A DNA stretch of 43,144 bases from Cercozoa sp. M6MM. Taxonomy: Eukaryota > Protista > Endomyxa: Ascetosporea. Made by a program: the position numbers and the translations under genes. Under the pieces are notes generated by a model, which searched no databases, was not told the DNA's origin, and saw nothing but the letters and a program-made list of their open reading frames with translations. The stretch lies in assembly GCA_040357565.1 (NCBI GenBank), contig JBDODJ010000092.1; one strand, 5' to 3'. Positions 1-13,149 of the stretch are shown here, in pieces; positions within the stretch are counted from its first letter, which is position 1; every line of letters starts with the position of its first letter.

Positions 1-19
1 ACACACACACACACACACA

Positions 20-72
<53 letters not shown>

Positions 73-437
73 CGATGGACACAAAAGGTACGAGCAGCAA
101 AGTATCGAGCGTCGTGATCGCTATTTGCGCAAGGCCATCTTCGGATCCAACGTTGTTGTCGGTGAGATCGAGTTCCGATATGCCCTAAACAGGTGCATTT
201 GAATACATATACATATATAACCACCGAAACACGGCGCACTCAAAGTAAGGTTGTGGCGGCTTACATCACATCCAAGAAGCGCCTGGTGAAGCGAAGACCC
301 ATCTAATTTCTTAGAGCGAAGGTTTAAGCGCTGGGACTGCTCGGATTCATCCTAAGAACACCGTCAAACATCAAACAAGACAATTAACATGAGTGAACAC
401 GTACCTCGGAGTCACTGACGATGTCGTATTCTCCCAT
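1..437 (-). CDS. Leucine-rich repeat protein, 5' part (runs off the left edge)
   Basis: Spliced exons read MGEYDIVSDSE|DESEQSQRLNLRSKKLDGSSLHQALLGCD|GISELDLTDNNVGSEDGLAQIAITTLDTLLL. The exon at 184-92 has an LxLxxN LRR pattern and is followed by a GTAC donor and a TG-repeat intron. The start codon is uncertain. Confidence 0.5.
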
Positions 438-877
438 ACGACGTTGCAGTCGAGAAATAATGAAGAGCTACGTTTCTTGGCGGATGTGTTCCTGTCCTTG
501 CCTGTGCAAAAGCTGCGCGCGGTGTCGCGTGATCACGTGTTGCGAGCGTCACAGGTTTTTATCAAGAGTGCGGCGGACTCTAAGACGTTTTCAGGCTGCA
601 CAGAGGTCTAAAACGTAAGTGCACTCACTAGCGCACGCTCACGCGTCCTCTGGCAACAAAACCCTGTCGAAATATGTTGAGGCTTTCTGGCGTGCCCATC
701 AACTGTGATTCTTACCCAGCAGCCAGTCAAAGGGAATGACCACTGGCATGTGCGTTTTTCGCAATCAAATTCAGCGACCGGACTCGAACTCCGGTTTTGC
801 ACTAGCTACGCAATAACTAACTCGCCTAAAATAGACTTTTGGTGGCAGCCACTGACATGTGATGGCATCGCATTGCA

Positions 878-2202
878 TTACTCGTCGTGCGCAGTGATGT
901 AGTTGAGCAAGTCGATGCTGAACGATAGCATAGCAGGTTGTATCGATAAATAGTGATCCCTCAGCTTGAACAAAAACGTACCGCGTCACGACGCCGCACA
1001 CAATCTTCTTGTCAACAATCTTGTTGTCATCGGCGAAGGTCTTCTGCGACGTCGTCACGAGGACGAAGTGGTTTCGCTCCTGCATGGGCAAACGTAGGCA
1101 GACGTGCAGAGGCGGAGCACATAAAGGCAAGAGTACGAGTAGGCGGGCGAGCTGGCCAAGCGGCGTCGAGAGCGACACCTCGGCGAAGCCCTTGTATAGG
1201 CACTTGCCCTGAACAGACACACCCAGATGAGTCCGAACTAAACGGAAGAATGAATGCGAAAGATACCACCGGCTCATCCTTGGTGAGCTTGCCAGCGACA
1301 AGACCAGCCGCCAGCTGACCTTCCGTCACGACACCAAGCACCTCACTGTCCTGCGCAAGCGAAAGGCACACTTACTCTCTAAAAAATCCTCTCCTTGAAG
1401 GAATCAAGGACGCAACGCACCTCACCAACGACCGGCAGCATGTCGAAGCCGTGAATCTTGAGCACGTCAATGGCCGCCGACACTGCACAGAGAAACCGAC
1501 ACCCTTATCTGGGATACCACACAGCACTGACGAGGCGGTACCCTTGAGCGAAGGCGAAGCCGTCACCGGCTGCGACACCGACAAGGCCGACACCTGCACA
1601 CAAACACATCTTCAACTGTGTCTTGAAACACACATGTGCCAGTCCAAACGTACCGGACGCGAGCTCCACCAGGCCGACATGTCAGGCGTCTCCTCTGCAC
1701 AAAGCAATTTGCGGGTTTCTCGCGTATGCGTGTTCTAGGTACCAGCAAGGAAGCCACGATCGCGCATCCTACGTAAACACACATACAAACACAGGCAGGT
1801 GCCCGACATAGTTTAACGACGACGCATAGTGTAATCTCACCAGTCGTCGTTGAGGAACTTGGTCATGTAGTTGCGCACAGAGTCCGGCAGCATCACCACA
1901 CAGCGCTGGCCCTCCTGTGCAAACATATCATGTCACACATGCGATGCAACACAAGACAGAGTCAGAGATACGCACCTTGAGCATCTCCTTGGCGCACTGC
2001 ACGGCGGCGTGCACGGCCGTACCCGACGAGCCACCACATAGCAGACCCTCCTCGCGAATGAGACGGCGCGACATCTGGAAACTGTCGACGTCGTTGCTCT
2101 TTACCTACACAGCAAGCGAGTTACAAACTGATAGTCAGACAGTATGATACATGGAACAACAAAACAGCAAGATGTAACTCGTAGGGAAGTGCAAGGTGCA
2201 AG

Positions 2203-2252
<50 letters not shown>

Positions 2253-2262
2253 NNNNNNNNNN

Positions 2263-2312
<50 letters not shown>

Positions 2313-2591
2313 GTGTGTGTGTGCGTGAGAGAGAGAGACAGGCATACCCACTTGTCAATAATGCTGCGGTCCAGCGAGTTCGGAATGAAGTCATAACCGA
2401 TGCCTGTACCAAATTGTGGACATGTATCGACCGAGGGACAGAGAGACAGCGAGGTCCAGGGTGTACCTTCAACCTGGTACGACGTGACGTCGCTATCGTT
2501 CAGCGGCTCCGGCTGAGCGAGAATCGAGCCCAGCGGGTCGACGCCCACCACCTACACATCCACACTCTTACATGTGCACATATGGACGAAT

Positions 2592-2632
<41 letters not shown>

Positions 2633-3238
2633 GCATGTGCACATGGACGGAGATATACAGGGAGAAAAGCGTACAATGAGGTCGGGATTCTTCTCCTTGA
2701 GCTTTTTGGCGATGCCCGTGATGGTGCCGCCCGTACCAGCACCGGCCACCAGCATGTCCTACCAGGGCAGTCGCATCATCAACAGTCTGACAGCAATGGT
2801 ATACAGTCAAGGTACGATCTTGCCACCACACTGCGCCCACAGCTCCTCGGCCGTACCGTCGTAGTGCGCCAGGGGGTTGCCCGGGTTGTTGTACTGCGCA
2901 ACCAACCAAAAACGCACATACCGTTGACACAGACCTGCACATCAACAGCGTACCTGGTCGAGAATGTGAGCGTTCTCAAGCTCCTTTTCGAGACGCAGGG
3001 CCACACCAATGTGCGACTCCGGCGAGTCGAAGGCGGCCTCCGTCTATACAGATCGAGACGTACAAGTAGCAGACACACAGACACACACAGGCACAAAGCA
3101 CAAACGTACAGGCGTGCGGATGATCTCGGCGCCAAGTGCCTTGAGCACGTCAACCTTCTCCTGCGACATCTTCTCCGGCAGCGTGATGATCATGCGGTAG
3201 CCGCGAAGCGCCGCCGTCAGCTGTGTCCACAACTTATG

Positions 3239-3288
<50 letters not shown>

Positions 3289-3298
3289 NNNNNNNNNN

Positions 3299-3346
<48 letters not shown>

Positions 3347-3941
3347 CTTAGAAAGCGAAAGTACGGCAAGACCAATGCCGGTGTTGCCCGAAGTCGGCTC
3401 AATGAGCGTGTCACCCGGCTTGATACGGCCGCTGCACCAACGTGCCAGTCAACCTCAACATTCAAACACAGAGTTGGTGGTACCTGGCCTCGGCATCAAG
3501 AAGCATGCGCTTGCCTGAAAATTGCATCAACATAGAAAATGTGCCTTTGCATTCGTAGGTTAGATACCAATGCGGTCCTTGACAGAACCGCCGGCATTGA
3601 AGAACTCGCATTTGGCGACAATCTCAGCCTTGACACCTACGAGGGCATAGAGATCCCATACCCATACATACATGCCGAGCGGCAGATCCGTACCCTCGGA
3701 CTGCGGGATGCGGTTCAGACGCACCAGCGGCGTGTAACCAACGTGGTCCAGGACGCTGTCCGAGATGCCAGCAACGGCACCACCAAAGCTGCAACACACA
3801 GTCGAGCAGTGAACAGAAGCAGTGAACAGAAGGCTCTTGAATTAGCCTGGAATCAGCCTGGCTTGCATAGTACCGCGCCATGTGCTCCTCAGAGCGCTTC
3901 TCAGCGCCCGAAAACTGCTCCGCCATCGGCCAGTTGCTCAT
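878..3941 (-). CDS. CBS: Cystathionine beta-synthase with C-terminal CBS (Bateman) domains; about 20 introns
   Basis: Spliced motifs: [24 protein letters not shown] (PLP lysine), [83 protein letters not shown]. The C-terminal part reads GFDMLPVV...GVVTRIDLLNYI. Stop TAA at 878-880. Confidence 0.95.
2207..2340. repeat. (GA)n microsatellite in CBS intron, with N gap
   Basis: Seen directly. Confidence 0.95.
3242..3345. repeat. (CA)n microsatellite in CBS intron
   Basis: Seen directly; reads UG on the pre-mRNA. Confidence 0.95.
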
Positions 3942-5185
3942 GTTCAGCGTTTCCGTGTCAATCAACTACAGAACACAAAACGCATCAACTTCGCATCGCA
4001 GCAACCCACAGAAAATGACAAGCGAACAAATAACAAAACAAAAAGTCGCACAACTCAAGCCCAGCCCGCGCAGCGTGTGGGCACGCAAACAGCACAGCTA
4101 TTTCACCTACCTACTGCACAGTGGGTTGAAGTGTGCGTTTCGACTGCAGCACCTGGCAGGAGCAGTGTAGCCACTCGTCACAACGATATAGACTAAAGAT
4201 GATCGACTCGTTTGATTGTACGGAGGGCGAGCCAATAAGCTAATATCGACAATTGTGCAAGGAAAACCCGTAATAAACGTCAATGTAGATTTTAAAAAAT
4301 TTTTGAAAATTTGCGTCCCCAAAACCTCTAATCATTATCTTAACCAGCGCTGGGAAACTTCGGAGGAAACCAGCTACAATATAGTTCGATTGGTCTTTCC
4401 TCGGTACCCAAGTCAGACGAACGATTTTCAGTATCGCTACCAGCCTCCAACAAGGTTTCCCTGGCTTCACCCTGCTCAAGCAGGAGTTCACCATCTATAC
4501 AAAGTCGTTTTGCAAAAATGCATTCAAAGAAAGTGCGCAAAGGAGTAGGCAGGAGCGAGGTCAACTTCAAGGTCCTGTCATTGTCATTGTCATTTTCATA
4601 GCTCAGTTTCGGAGTAAAAATTTATGTCCAAAATAACCTGGCGTTGCGAAAATATATGATATCACGGCGGTAGAGAACTCGAACACAAAAAAATGTTTTG
4701 CTGCTAAGGGGTAGTGGTCGGTGTCATCCGATCGCACGCTGCCCGAAGTGGTGTTTGTTTACTATCCAACCGAAACGTGGCCATTGCGCCACGGGCCGCA
4801 GATGACGTAGCCATCAAGGAACCGATACAGCCCATGCATACGTGGTTTAGCGCAAGCGTACATATTCTCATGCTGCTCGTCGCGTGGCAGAACAAGCTGT
4901 CGCTCCAGCTCTTTGAGCGAGCTGGCGATTTGCACTTGCGAACGCGCGTCTGGGCCACGCTGCTCGAATCGAAAAAGCTTGAACCCACGCCACGCCTGTG
5001 AAAGGACGGCGTGCCTTGCATCGAGCTGAACAAACTTTAAATCAGGATGAGTGTTGTACAGAAAAAATCGTCGCGGAAAACACAACACCCAGATTTCAAT
5101 GAGCGCCGGTTATGGTTGTATAAAAACTTATTTCTACTGTATTGTCGATTTCCCGGTCCTGTAAGCTGCTGTGGGTGTGTGCACG

Positions 5186-8100
5186 ATGTCTGATTTCGAC
5201 TCGCTGCTGCGTCTCTACGCGCGGAAGCGTCCGCGCGGCGAAGTCGAACCGTCCGAGGTCGCCTACAGCGAAAGCGAAGAGGAAGGGGAAGGAGAAGTAG
5301 CCATTAATGAAGCTGGTGTCAAAGAAGATGGCGAAAAGCATGAAGAGGACGAAGAGGACAAGGACGAAGAGGACGAGGACGAAGAGGACGAAGAGGACAG
5401 AGACGAAGATGGTATCTTCGTCACCAAGTTTTCTCCTTGGATTGGCTTCACTTTTTGTGGGTTTAGACATCACCGTTAATGGTGACGAAGATGTCGTGCA
5501 TCTGCCGTTCAAGGACGGACAGGTCACGGACGCCGAAGTGTCGCAGCTCATGAGTCTGGATCGGCTTTCCTTCGCCTTGCTGTCTCCTGTATCTTCACCT
5601 CAGCTGCGCTCCCCTCCATCTTACGTTGTGTGCAATTCAGGATAAACAAGAGTTGGCATCTGAGGTGCACAAACTGAAGGATGAGGATCAAATGTCAACA
5701 CTCATGCAGTGGAGTGATCCACTTGGTCGCACGGTGCGTGTTCTTTCGTTGTGTGCTTTCTTGAGTGAGTGATGTGTCTCTGCACTTCTTGACGCAGGAG
5801 CTGCCGTCGCTCAAGACACAGGTGTCGACACCGCGTCGACTGCTGCTGCAATGGCGTGCCGCACACAAGAAGGTGCACTCACACAGTCCTCCTGTCGCTC
5901 ATGACATGATATCTATGTATTTATACATTGTGTGCAGGAACTTTCGAAAACCCGCCGAAAGCGTCGAAAGCTGGGCCTTGTTACTGAGGTACCCTGTTCT
6001 ATCTGTATAGGCGGTGTGGTGGTAGGCGGTATGGTGGTATAGGCGGTGTGGTGGAACGCTTGATTATGTCCAGGAACCCGATTCTGAGAACGCACTGACG
6101 TCAAGTGACCTGCCGCATCATGTGCAGCGCGTGTGCATGCCGCTGCTGGGAAGCACATACGCCGATCTGCACATGCCTTGTCGACAGGTATCGTCGCGTG
6201 TTGAGTACCAGATCGTTGTCTGTGTCTACTTTGCTTTGCGTAGCTCAAACACGCCAGTGCTCTGCGTCGCGTGTGCGCGCTGCACGCGCTGCGCATCTGT
6301 CTTTTCTCGCAGCAGCAGGTCGCTCGCAACACACGCAAAATCAAGCGGTAACTTTCTGTTGCTGTCTCTTCTCCTTGTTGGGCACACGTGTGTGGTTGTA
6401 GCTGGCACCGACGCGCCAACGAGTTGCGCAGTGAAATCAAAGAGCAGCAACTTAAACTGCTCAATGAGGTACCCCGTCTTTTTTCTCGTTCTCCTTTCTC
6501 CCTTTCTCTTTCTCGTTTCCTTCATTTCGTGGTCTCGGCAGAAGAAACTCAGCAAGAAAAAGCGCAAAGAGGCCATTCGCGACATTGACCGTGACATTGA
6601 AATCAAGGTACGACAACGGTGCTTACATTGTTTGCATTATCACGGTGTGTCCTAGGTGTACGAGAAATTCGGCGATGAGCCCGATTTGCGAGACCAAGGT
6701 TTCACTCGTGCCAAAGTGTTGTTCGTAGTGCCGTTCCGCTCGCAGGTATACACGACTCAACTCTTGTGCCTGAAATATCAGGGAGTAGGTGTATGGGCCA
6801 TCAGGCACGCGAAGTGGTCGACACGCTGCTGCAGCTGCTTCCGGAGAGCGCGACCGCTGTCGTACACAACCGCAAGCGACTGCAGGACGAGTTCGACTTG
6901 GAGCCGACGCCTTCCTTCCTAAAACGCTCCTCTGACTACCAACAGGTTAGTTGTGTTTATTTATGTGTGTGCTATGTCGCGTGTGTGTGTGTCTGTGTGC
7001 GTGTGTGCGTGTGTGCGTGTGTGCGTGCGTGTGTATGTCTGTGTGTATGTGTCTGTCTGTGTGTGTGCAGGTTTTTGGACCGAATGCTGACGACGCATTC
7101 CAAGTCGGCATCAAGATTGGCAAGAAGCAAGTGCGTTTGTTCGCGAACCTGCGCAACAGCGACATCATTGTGGCGTCGCCTCTCGGTCTGCGTACCATCA
7201 TTGGGCATGAGATGTACTTTGGCACACATGTTTGATGAGTGCGTTGCGTACCGCAGTTTTTGTACTCTTGCTGTGTCAGGGAGGACGAGCGTGACATTGA
7301 CTTTTTGTCGTCGGTGGAGCTGCTCGTTATGGACAGCGTAGACACGCTGGAGATGCAGAATCCCGAGCACCTCAACACACTGCTTAGTGCGCTGAACAAG
7401 CAGCCGTTCCACCTGCAGGACACGGACTTTGCTCGCGTCAGACAGTGGCAGCTGGCCGGTGACAATGATCGGCGGGTGCATCGACAAACTGTGTGGCTGT
7501 CGAGGTACGATTCGCCTCTGCAGCGTCGTTTGCGCGCGCAGTACTGCCGTAATTTTCGCGGCACTGTACTCCTTCGACAGACGTACAAGGGCGTGCTGCA
7601 TGTACACACACACACATACACACACACACACACACGCATACATACACAGGCCTTTTGTACGTATAGAGATGCATTCCGCAAGTGCGTTATCTTGCAATGC
7701 GCGCACCGAGGGGTACTTATCCTTGTACCAGTGTGGCCCGGCGTTGACACGTGTACCTGTATCAGGCGAACTGAGCAAGGCTCATGAGATGCGGTACGAC
7801 TTTTTCCTGCGTGAGTGCTGGCCGCGAGTAGCCCTCACGAAGCACACCGTCGTCGTCGTTCCCGACTACTGCGATTTTGTAAGTCTCGGTTCTGCCGTAT
7901 GTCTGTTGTGTCAGTCGGTCAGCATCTTTGATGGGACGCAGGTGCGCCTGAGAAGTCACCTGTCATCCGAGAAGAGTAACGCCGTGTTTGTCAGCGAGTA
8001 CGCCGATCAGGTACAGACTCTGCACTCATTACTTGGTTTGAATTAACTTTGTGTCTGCATCACAGTCAACGGTGTCGCGTGCGCAACAATTCCTGTCTTC

Positions 8101-8500
8101 CGGACAACGCGACGTTGTCTTTGTGACCGAGCGGTACCCCTGTGTGCTGCGTGTTTTCTTCTGCATTGATGACACCCTTGTGTGTTGGCAGCGCTCACTT
8201 CTTCCGTCGTAACAACTGGCGTGGCATGCGTCATTTGGTACATTAATACTCTGATGACATGATTATCGTTCTGTTCTTTTTCATGACGCGTGTCAGGTTT
8301 TCTACGCGCCACCGGCAGCACCGACGACCTTCCTGCAGCTGGTCAACCAAATCGCCTCCGCTTCGCAGGACGTTGCCGATGAGGCCTTTGTCATGCTGTG
8401 CTTCGATCGCTTTCAGCGCGCCGAGATGCAACGCATCGTTGGCTGCACACGCGCTCGCACTCTCATGCTGGCCGCTAAGGACACGCACACGTTCTGCTAG
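5186..8500 (+). CDS. UTP25: U3 snoRNA-associated protein 25 (DIEXF/Def), multi-exon
   Basis: Acidic N-terminus, then RDQGFTRAKVLFVVPFR, FGPNADDAFQVGIK, SDIIVASPLGLRTII, DFLSSVELLVMD..EMQN, FVTERAHFFRR. Ends HTFC* at 8500. Confidence 0.93.
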
Positions 8501-8635
8501 TTTTTCCCTTTCTGTCACCGGATATCGATATCGATCGCGCCGTCCGCCGTGTACCACACAGCATACAGACAGTTGGCTGGTCCCATCCTCTATGCGCGTG
8601 TGACTCACCCCAGGATCGGTACAGGGAACGATATT

Positions 8636-8668
8636 GTTGGTTTCTTCGTGGACTGAACTGACCAACTA
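8636..8668 (+). repeat. Dispersed 33-bp intergenic element, copy A
   Basis: GTTGGTTTCTTCGTGGACTGAACTGACCAACTA; 29/33 identical, ungapped, to 22732-22764. Confidence 0.75.
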
Positions 8669-9205
8669 CTGTACAGTATTTTGCATTTTGTGAGGTGGCT
8701 ACAAAACTGAAGAAAAAAACTGCGGAATTTGCCCCAGCCAAAAAGTTGTTTGTTCCCCCTGGTGTATTGTATTCGTTGAGTTGAGGCGCTTGAAACGCCC
8801 GGTAAGCTCTTTGGCATTTTTGCTGTTTTGGGAGGTTTTTTGCCTGGCTGTGTTGGGAGTTGCTGATCCGTTGAGTTCGCGTATGCTGTGTTGGCAGAGT
8901 CAAAAGATGCAGTACTAAACGTCGCAAGACGCCGGAACGAGAGCCTACACGACAAGCGACCATCGATCTTTTTGATCGAGTTTCGTGACCCCCCAACCAT
9001 GACGATGCTTTGTTAAACAGCGCATCCTCACTGACGGCCATGTGCCCAGTCCCCACTTCCCACCCTACAATGACACGATGAAAACGTTACCTTACGGTCC
9101 GAATTGACCGCCCTACCCGAAAAAGCGATAACGCCCCACAAAAGAAACCTCACAAAGAAAGAGACATTCACAAAGCAAAGCAACAACATTAACGTCAACA
9201 CCAAG

Positions 9206-10572
9206 ATGAGTTCCCCTGTGTTGGTGGCCGCCCCAAGCTGGCGCGCCTTGTCGCCGCTGTTGGGCGCGGCGATGGAGTCGCTCTCTCCACTCTTCCCGGG
9301 CGCGACGCCGCCGTTGCCGAGCAAGACGGTGATGCACAAGCTGACGCCTCCGCGCTTCGAGATGCACGCGTTCGAGACGTCGATCCCGACTTTCAGTCTT
9401 GACGCCTCCCCTTCTGCCGGTGCCGCCGACGTCGAGCTCGATGTCGACATCCAGCTTGACGAGAACGGCATGCCGGTGTCGGGTCGCATCTCGCCGCGCT
9501 TCACACCCAAGGTGCCCTCTTTTCTTTTCTCGCTCACTGGCCCTGACCTTTTTGCTGAATGCCTTGGCATGTAGACTGCAAACACCATTGTGCCCGTGGT
9601 GTTCTCGTTCGACTTTGAACCCAAAAAGCCCGCGAAGGAGGTCGCCAAGTTGCGTTCCTTCACTCGTTCGCTGGCCGCACCTGCTGCGACTTCTAGCGGC
9701 ATTGCCCCTGGACCACTCTGCGAGACAGACGAGAGCGACACGGAGCCGCCCTGCAAGCGCGCCAAGCACGCACATTCGCATGTCGAGCCCGATCCACCCA
9801 CCGCCTGTGTCAACTTCGGCACGTGTGTGCCACACAACACCGTGGCGTGCGCGGAGGCCGAGGCCCGTGAGCGCGCGGCTGCCTTCTGGCAGATGCACGA
9901 GTCGCGCTCTCGTCGCGACACCGTCCTTGGCTCGCTCGTGCGAGAACGACAGCTGCGCGACACCGTGCGTTGTCATGTGGTGTGCTTCAGGGCGAGTGCG
10001 TTCTTTAATCTTGATCGCATGTGCAGGAGCAGCAGCGTCTGGCGGACATGTGCGCATCGGCTATGCCGGTAGCGGTCCAGCGTGCTGCTGGTCCAGCGCT
10101 GCCCAAGAAGCGCGCGCGTTGCACTGCTAGGAGCGCCAAGGCGAAGGCGACCCGCATGACGGCCGCGCCCGCTGCAATGTCGTCGCGCTGCAACCCTTCG
10201 ATCGCCAATTTGCGCAAGAAGGCTGTGCGAAAGTCGTGTCACCAGGTATTAGCGCAAACACAGTCATACCACTCGTCGTTAGTCCTGCCTGCTGTCACCT
10301 TTTGTTTGTCTCAGTGCAAGTCGAGTCGCGCCTTACATGAGCTCTCGTTCTGCGCGACGCATCCAAACATTCTCAACCACCCAGTGGAGCCTCGTCGCTG
10401 CCGCAAGCAGGTGTGCGACAAGTGCTTGTCCAAGTTCTACCGCGAGAGTCCTGCGCAATGCGCCGACTGGGTGTGCCCGGCCTGCCGTGGCATCTGCAGT
10501 TGTGCGGCCTGCAAGCGACAGCGTCATCTCGCGACAGACACCTCGCACGACTGCGATGGCACGCCAATCTGA
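9206..10572 (+). CDS. Protein with C-terminal zf-4CXXC_R1 (CDCA7/R1-type) zinc finger
   Basis: C-terminal SCHQ|CK...FC...CRKQVCDKCLSKFY...DWVCPACRGICSCAACKR matches the 4CXXC_R1 cysteine spacing. The N-terminus is low-complexity and Ser/Pro-rich. About 3 GT-AG introns. Confidence 0.8.
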
Positions 10573-10870
10573 CCTCCATCCATCCCATTCCATTCACACA
10601 AAGCAAAACACTCAAACCAACAAACACCAACGTCAAGCGACCGCAAACGAAACCGTGCACACCGTGCGCACGACAGGAACGGCATGATCATACCTAAACT
10701 AGGGACGCTAGACCCATATTTCTTTAAGAACTATTAAAAAGCAAAATGCTTGCCGTTGTTTCGTCTTATAGAGTTCTTTTTCAGTTGTGGCATCCTCAGA
10801 CTTGCTGATCGTCGTGGTATTCAAAGACGCCGCAAGCGAAATGATTGACCGGCTGAGGGAGATCGGAAAG

Positions 10871-12129
10871 TTACTCCTCGCCAAAGGCGTCAATATCGCC
10901 TTCGTCCGCGCTGTTCATCGCTGTTTCAAGTGTGTCAGCAGAGCGATGGTAACATAGTGGGGAAATAAAGAAGTACGAATGCATGCATACCCAGGTAGTC
11001 GCCACCAAGTTCTTCCTCATCAGCCCCGACAAGGTAGTCCTCAGTTTCGACAGAAATGTCGCCCATGACAGTTTCGTCCTTCTCAGTTGTGGAAAATTTG
11101 AAAGAAGTTACAGTAATGACAAGACATACCTCCTCTTCGTCTTCGTCGCGCTCCCGAAGACGTTTGCGGGCCTAAACAACCATGGTGTGCGTGGCCACAA
11201 CCTAAACTACTGACAAAGATGCACCTCGCGCGATTTTCGTGCTGCAGATTTTTGGGCCCTCCTCTTCTCTCTGCACAGCGTACACTCGACACTCGACATT
11301 CACGTATGTCGTAAAATCATGTCGGAACACACCGATCCAAGTGACGTTGAATCTTTTCTTCGTGCTCCAGACGTCTCTCGGCCACCTATCGAGGGCATCC
11401 ATAGCGCCTCCAAGAAAGCTCAACCTTGGGACAGAATTGTACGTGACTTTGCACGCGGCTATCATCCACTGTGGTCAACAGCTCGAGCGGCACCTACATA
11501 CACAAGGCACATGTGATTGACCACAATATACGGGAACGACCAACCTCGCTCGCCTCAAAGCACGTGTCGGACACCATAGATGAGAACAACGGCGCTGTCG
11601 ACACGCCGGTACCCGACTAGGCATACAGAGAACAGTACCAGCAAAATATATTTCTGTGGCACACACAACGTACGCTGGTGTGCAAAGCCGTAGCCGACGG
11701 TTCCTGTAGTCGGTCGAGAGCTGAACTGCGCCACAAGGTCATTTAAAAAAACTATCGACAGCCTTGCACAACAAGTTTAATACCGCCGAGAAACGCAAAA
11801 ACCGCTTCGAGGATGGTTCTCCACAACCTGAAAGCAAAGAACCCAACGTGCAGATTGTGCAAAAAGTAGCGAAAAACTGTACATGAGTGAGAGCAAAAAC
11901 TGCAGCGTCGTCGAACGCACGCGGTTGGGCCACACGCGGGACACACAACAAGTCGTGCTCCTGCGGCACAAATGCACACGTCAAAATATCACACGAAACA
12001 CAAACACAGGCACGGCACAGTGTAGATCTTCGTTGGCTCAATCACTCGTAGGCTGTGGTCGATCTGCACTTCGCTTTCGCCCATGGCACGTGGTTTAACT
12101 CGCGCGCGCGGCTTGCGTTTCGGGGGCAT
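10871..12129 (-). CDS. Multi-exon ~240-aa protein with a basic N-terminus and acidic C-terminus; tentatively RNA polymerase III subunit RPC31/RPC7-like
   Basis: Spliced reading MPPKRKPRARVKP...VPLELL...REKRRAQKSAARKSRE|ARKRLRERDEDEEE|...EEELGGDYL|AMNSADEGDIDAFGEE*. The exon chain is coherent. The family call rests only on size, a P-x-EL motif and the acidic DY tail. Confidence 0.45.
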
Positions 12130-12579
12130 TCTTCTGCCCATTTTCAATATGAATCCGCGCAAGAAAAAACACATAAGAGCGTATGGTGAAACGCACAGAC
12201 TTCGTTGTAAGCCACACCGCTATCCGCTTACTGTCTTGGGCACGGGTGTGCCGTGTTGTCGCGTGCGTCTAGCAGCGCAGTTCAATCGATGATTGTTGTT
12301 AACGGAGCGATAGTATCTGCTGCAATTTTTGGGGCGAACTATCTTTTGATCTTAAAAAGTTCAGCATTGTGTTCATACAGATTTAAATGCTTTTCAAGGC
12401 TTATAATCGCAGTAAATGCGATATAAACCTTGGTAGGGTACTGTACAGGTTTGGGGCATTGCCGGACAACCCATTTTGTGCAATCAAGTGTATCAATACC
12501 GTACGTATAGATGATAGCTAATACATCATGATATCGATACGTATACTCTGTACTCTGTACAGTAATCGTTCGCTTGGCG

Positions 12580-13110
12580 CTAAGTCAACTCGGTGCGATC
12601 GGCTTTGCCTTTATTTGGACTGTGACTGGACTCGGCGTCGGACTCTGCGCTGCTTACGTTCATGGTATGCTCAGTTGGGTGACGGTGATACTCGTCGTAG
12701 TCGGCCTGTCGGTCATGCGAGCGAATGATTTCGCTCAGCTCCGACCGCCTCTGCGTGTCGACGAACAAAACCTGTCGCCTACATTTATGTTCCACGCATT
12801 TTCAGTGGCAATACGCAACTGAAAGGATTGGAAACTGAGTTACATGTTGTGCCTCCAGCCATGTATCGTCCGCACAGGCAATCGCCGAATGTCCTCGTTC
12901 GTGGTAACACCGCGCCGTATCAGCGACATGTGGTAGGCACACAGGCCAACAACCATACAGGAGCACAAAAGAGCGACCACCAGCACAATGGTTGACACTG
13001 GATTTTCGCCTGCAGCGTCAAAGAAGCGACTCAGCCAGCCATCTGGATCGTCACTCTGCGATGCTTCAGTTGCCTGCAATAAACCAAGACACCAAGTACA
13101 CAACTCACGA

Positions 13111-13149
<39 letters not shown>

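Noticed and set aside
2144-3535. 463-aa plus-strand ORF
   Set aside because: Antisense shadow of CBS running through GA, AT and CA microsatellites and N gaps.
4518-5001. Possible small plus-strand spliced gene (MHSKKVRKG...), with a TG|A junction that could suggest selenocysteine
   Set aside because: No consistent frame across the candidate exons, no recognisable domain and no SECIS seen.
9028-10057. 311-aa and 314-aa minus-strand ORFs
   Set aside because: Antisense to the GC-rich zinc-finger gene, with no recognisable motifs.
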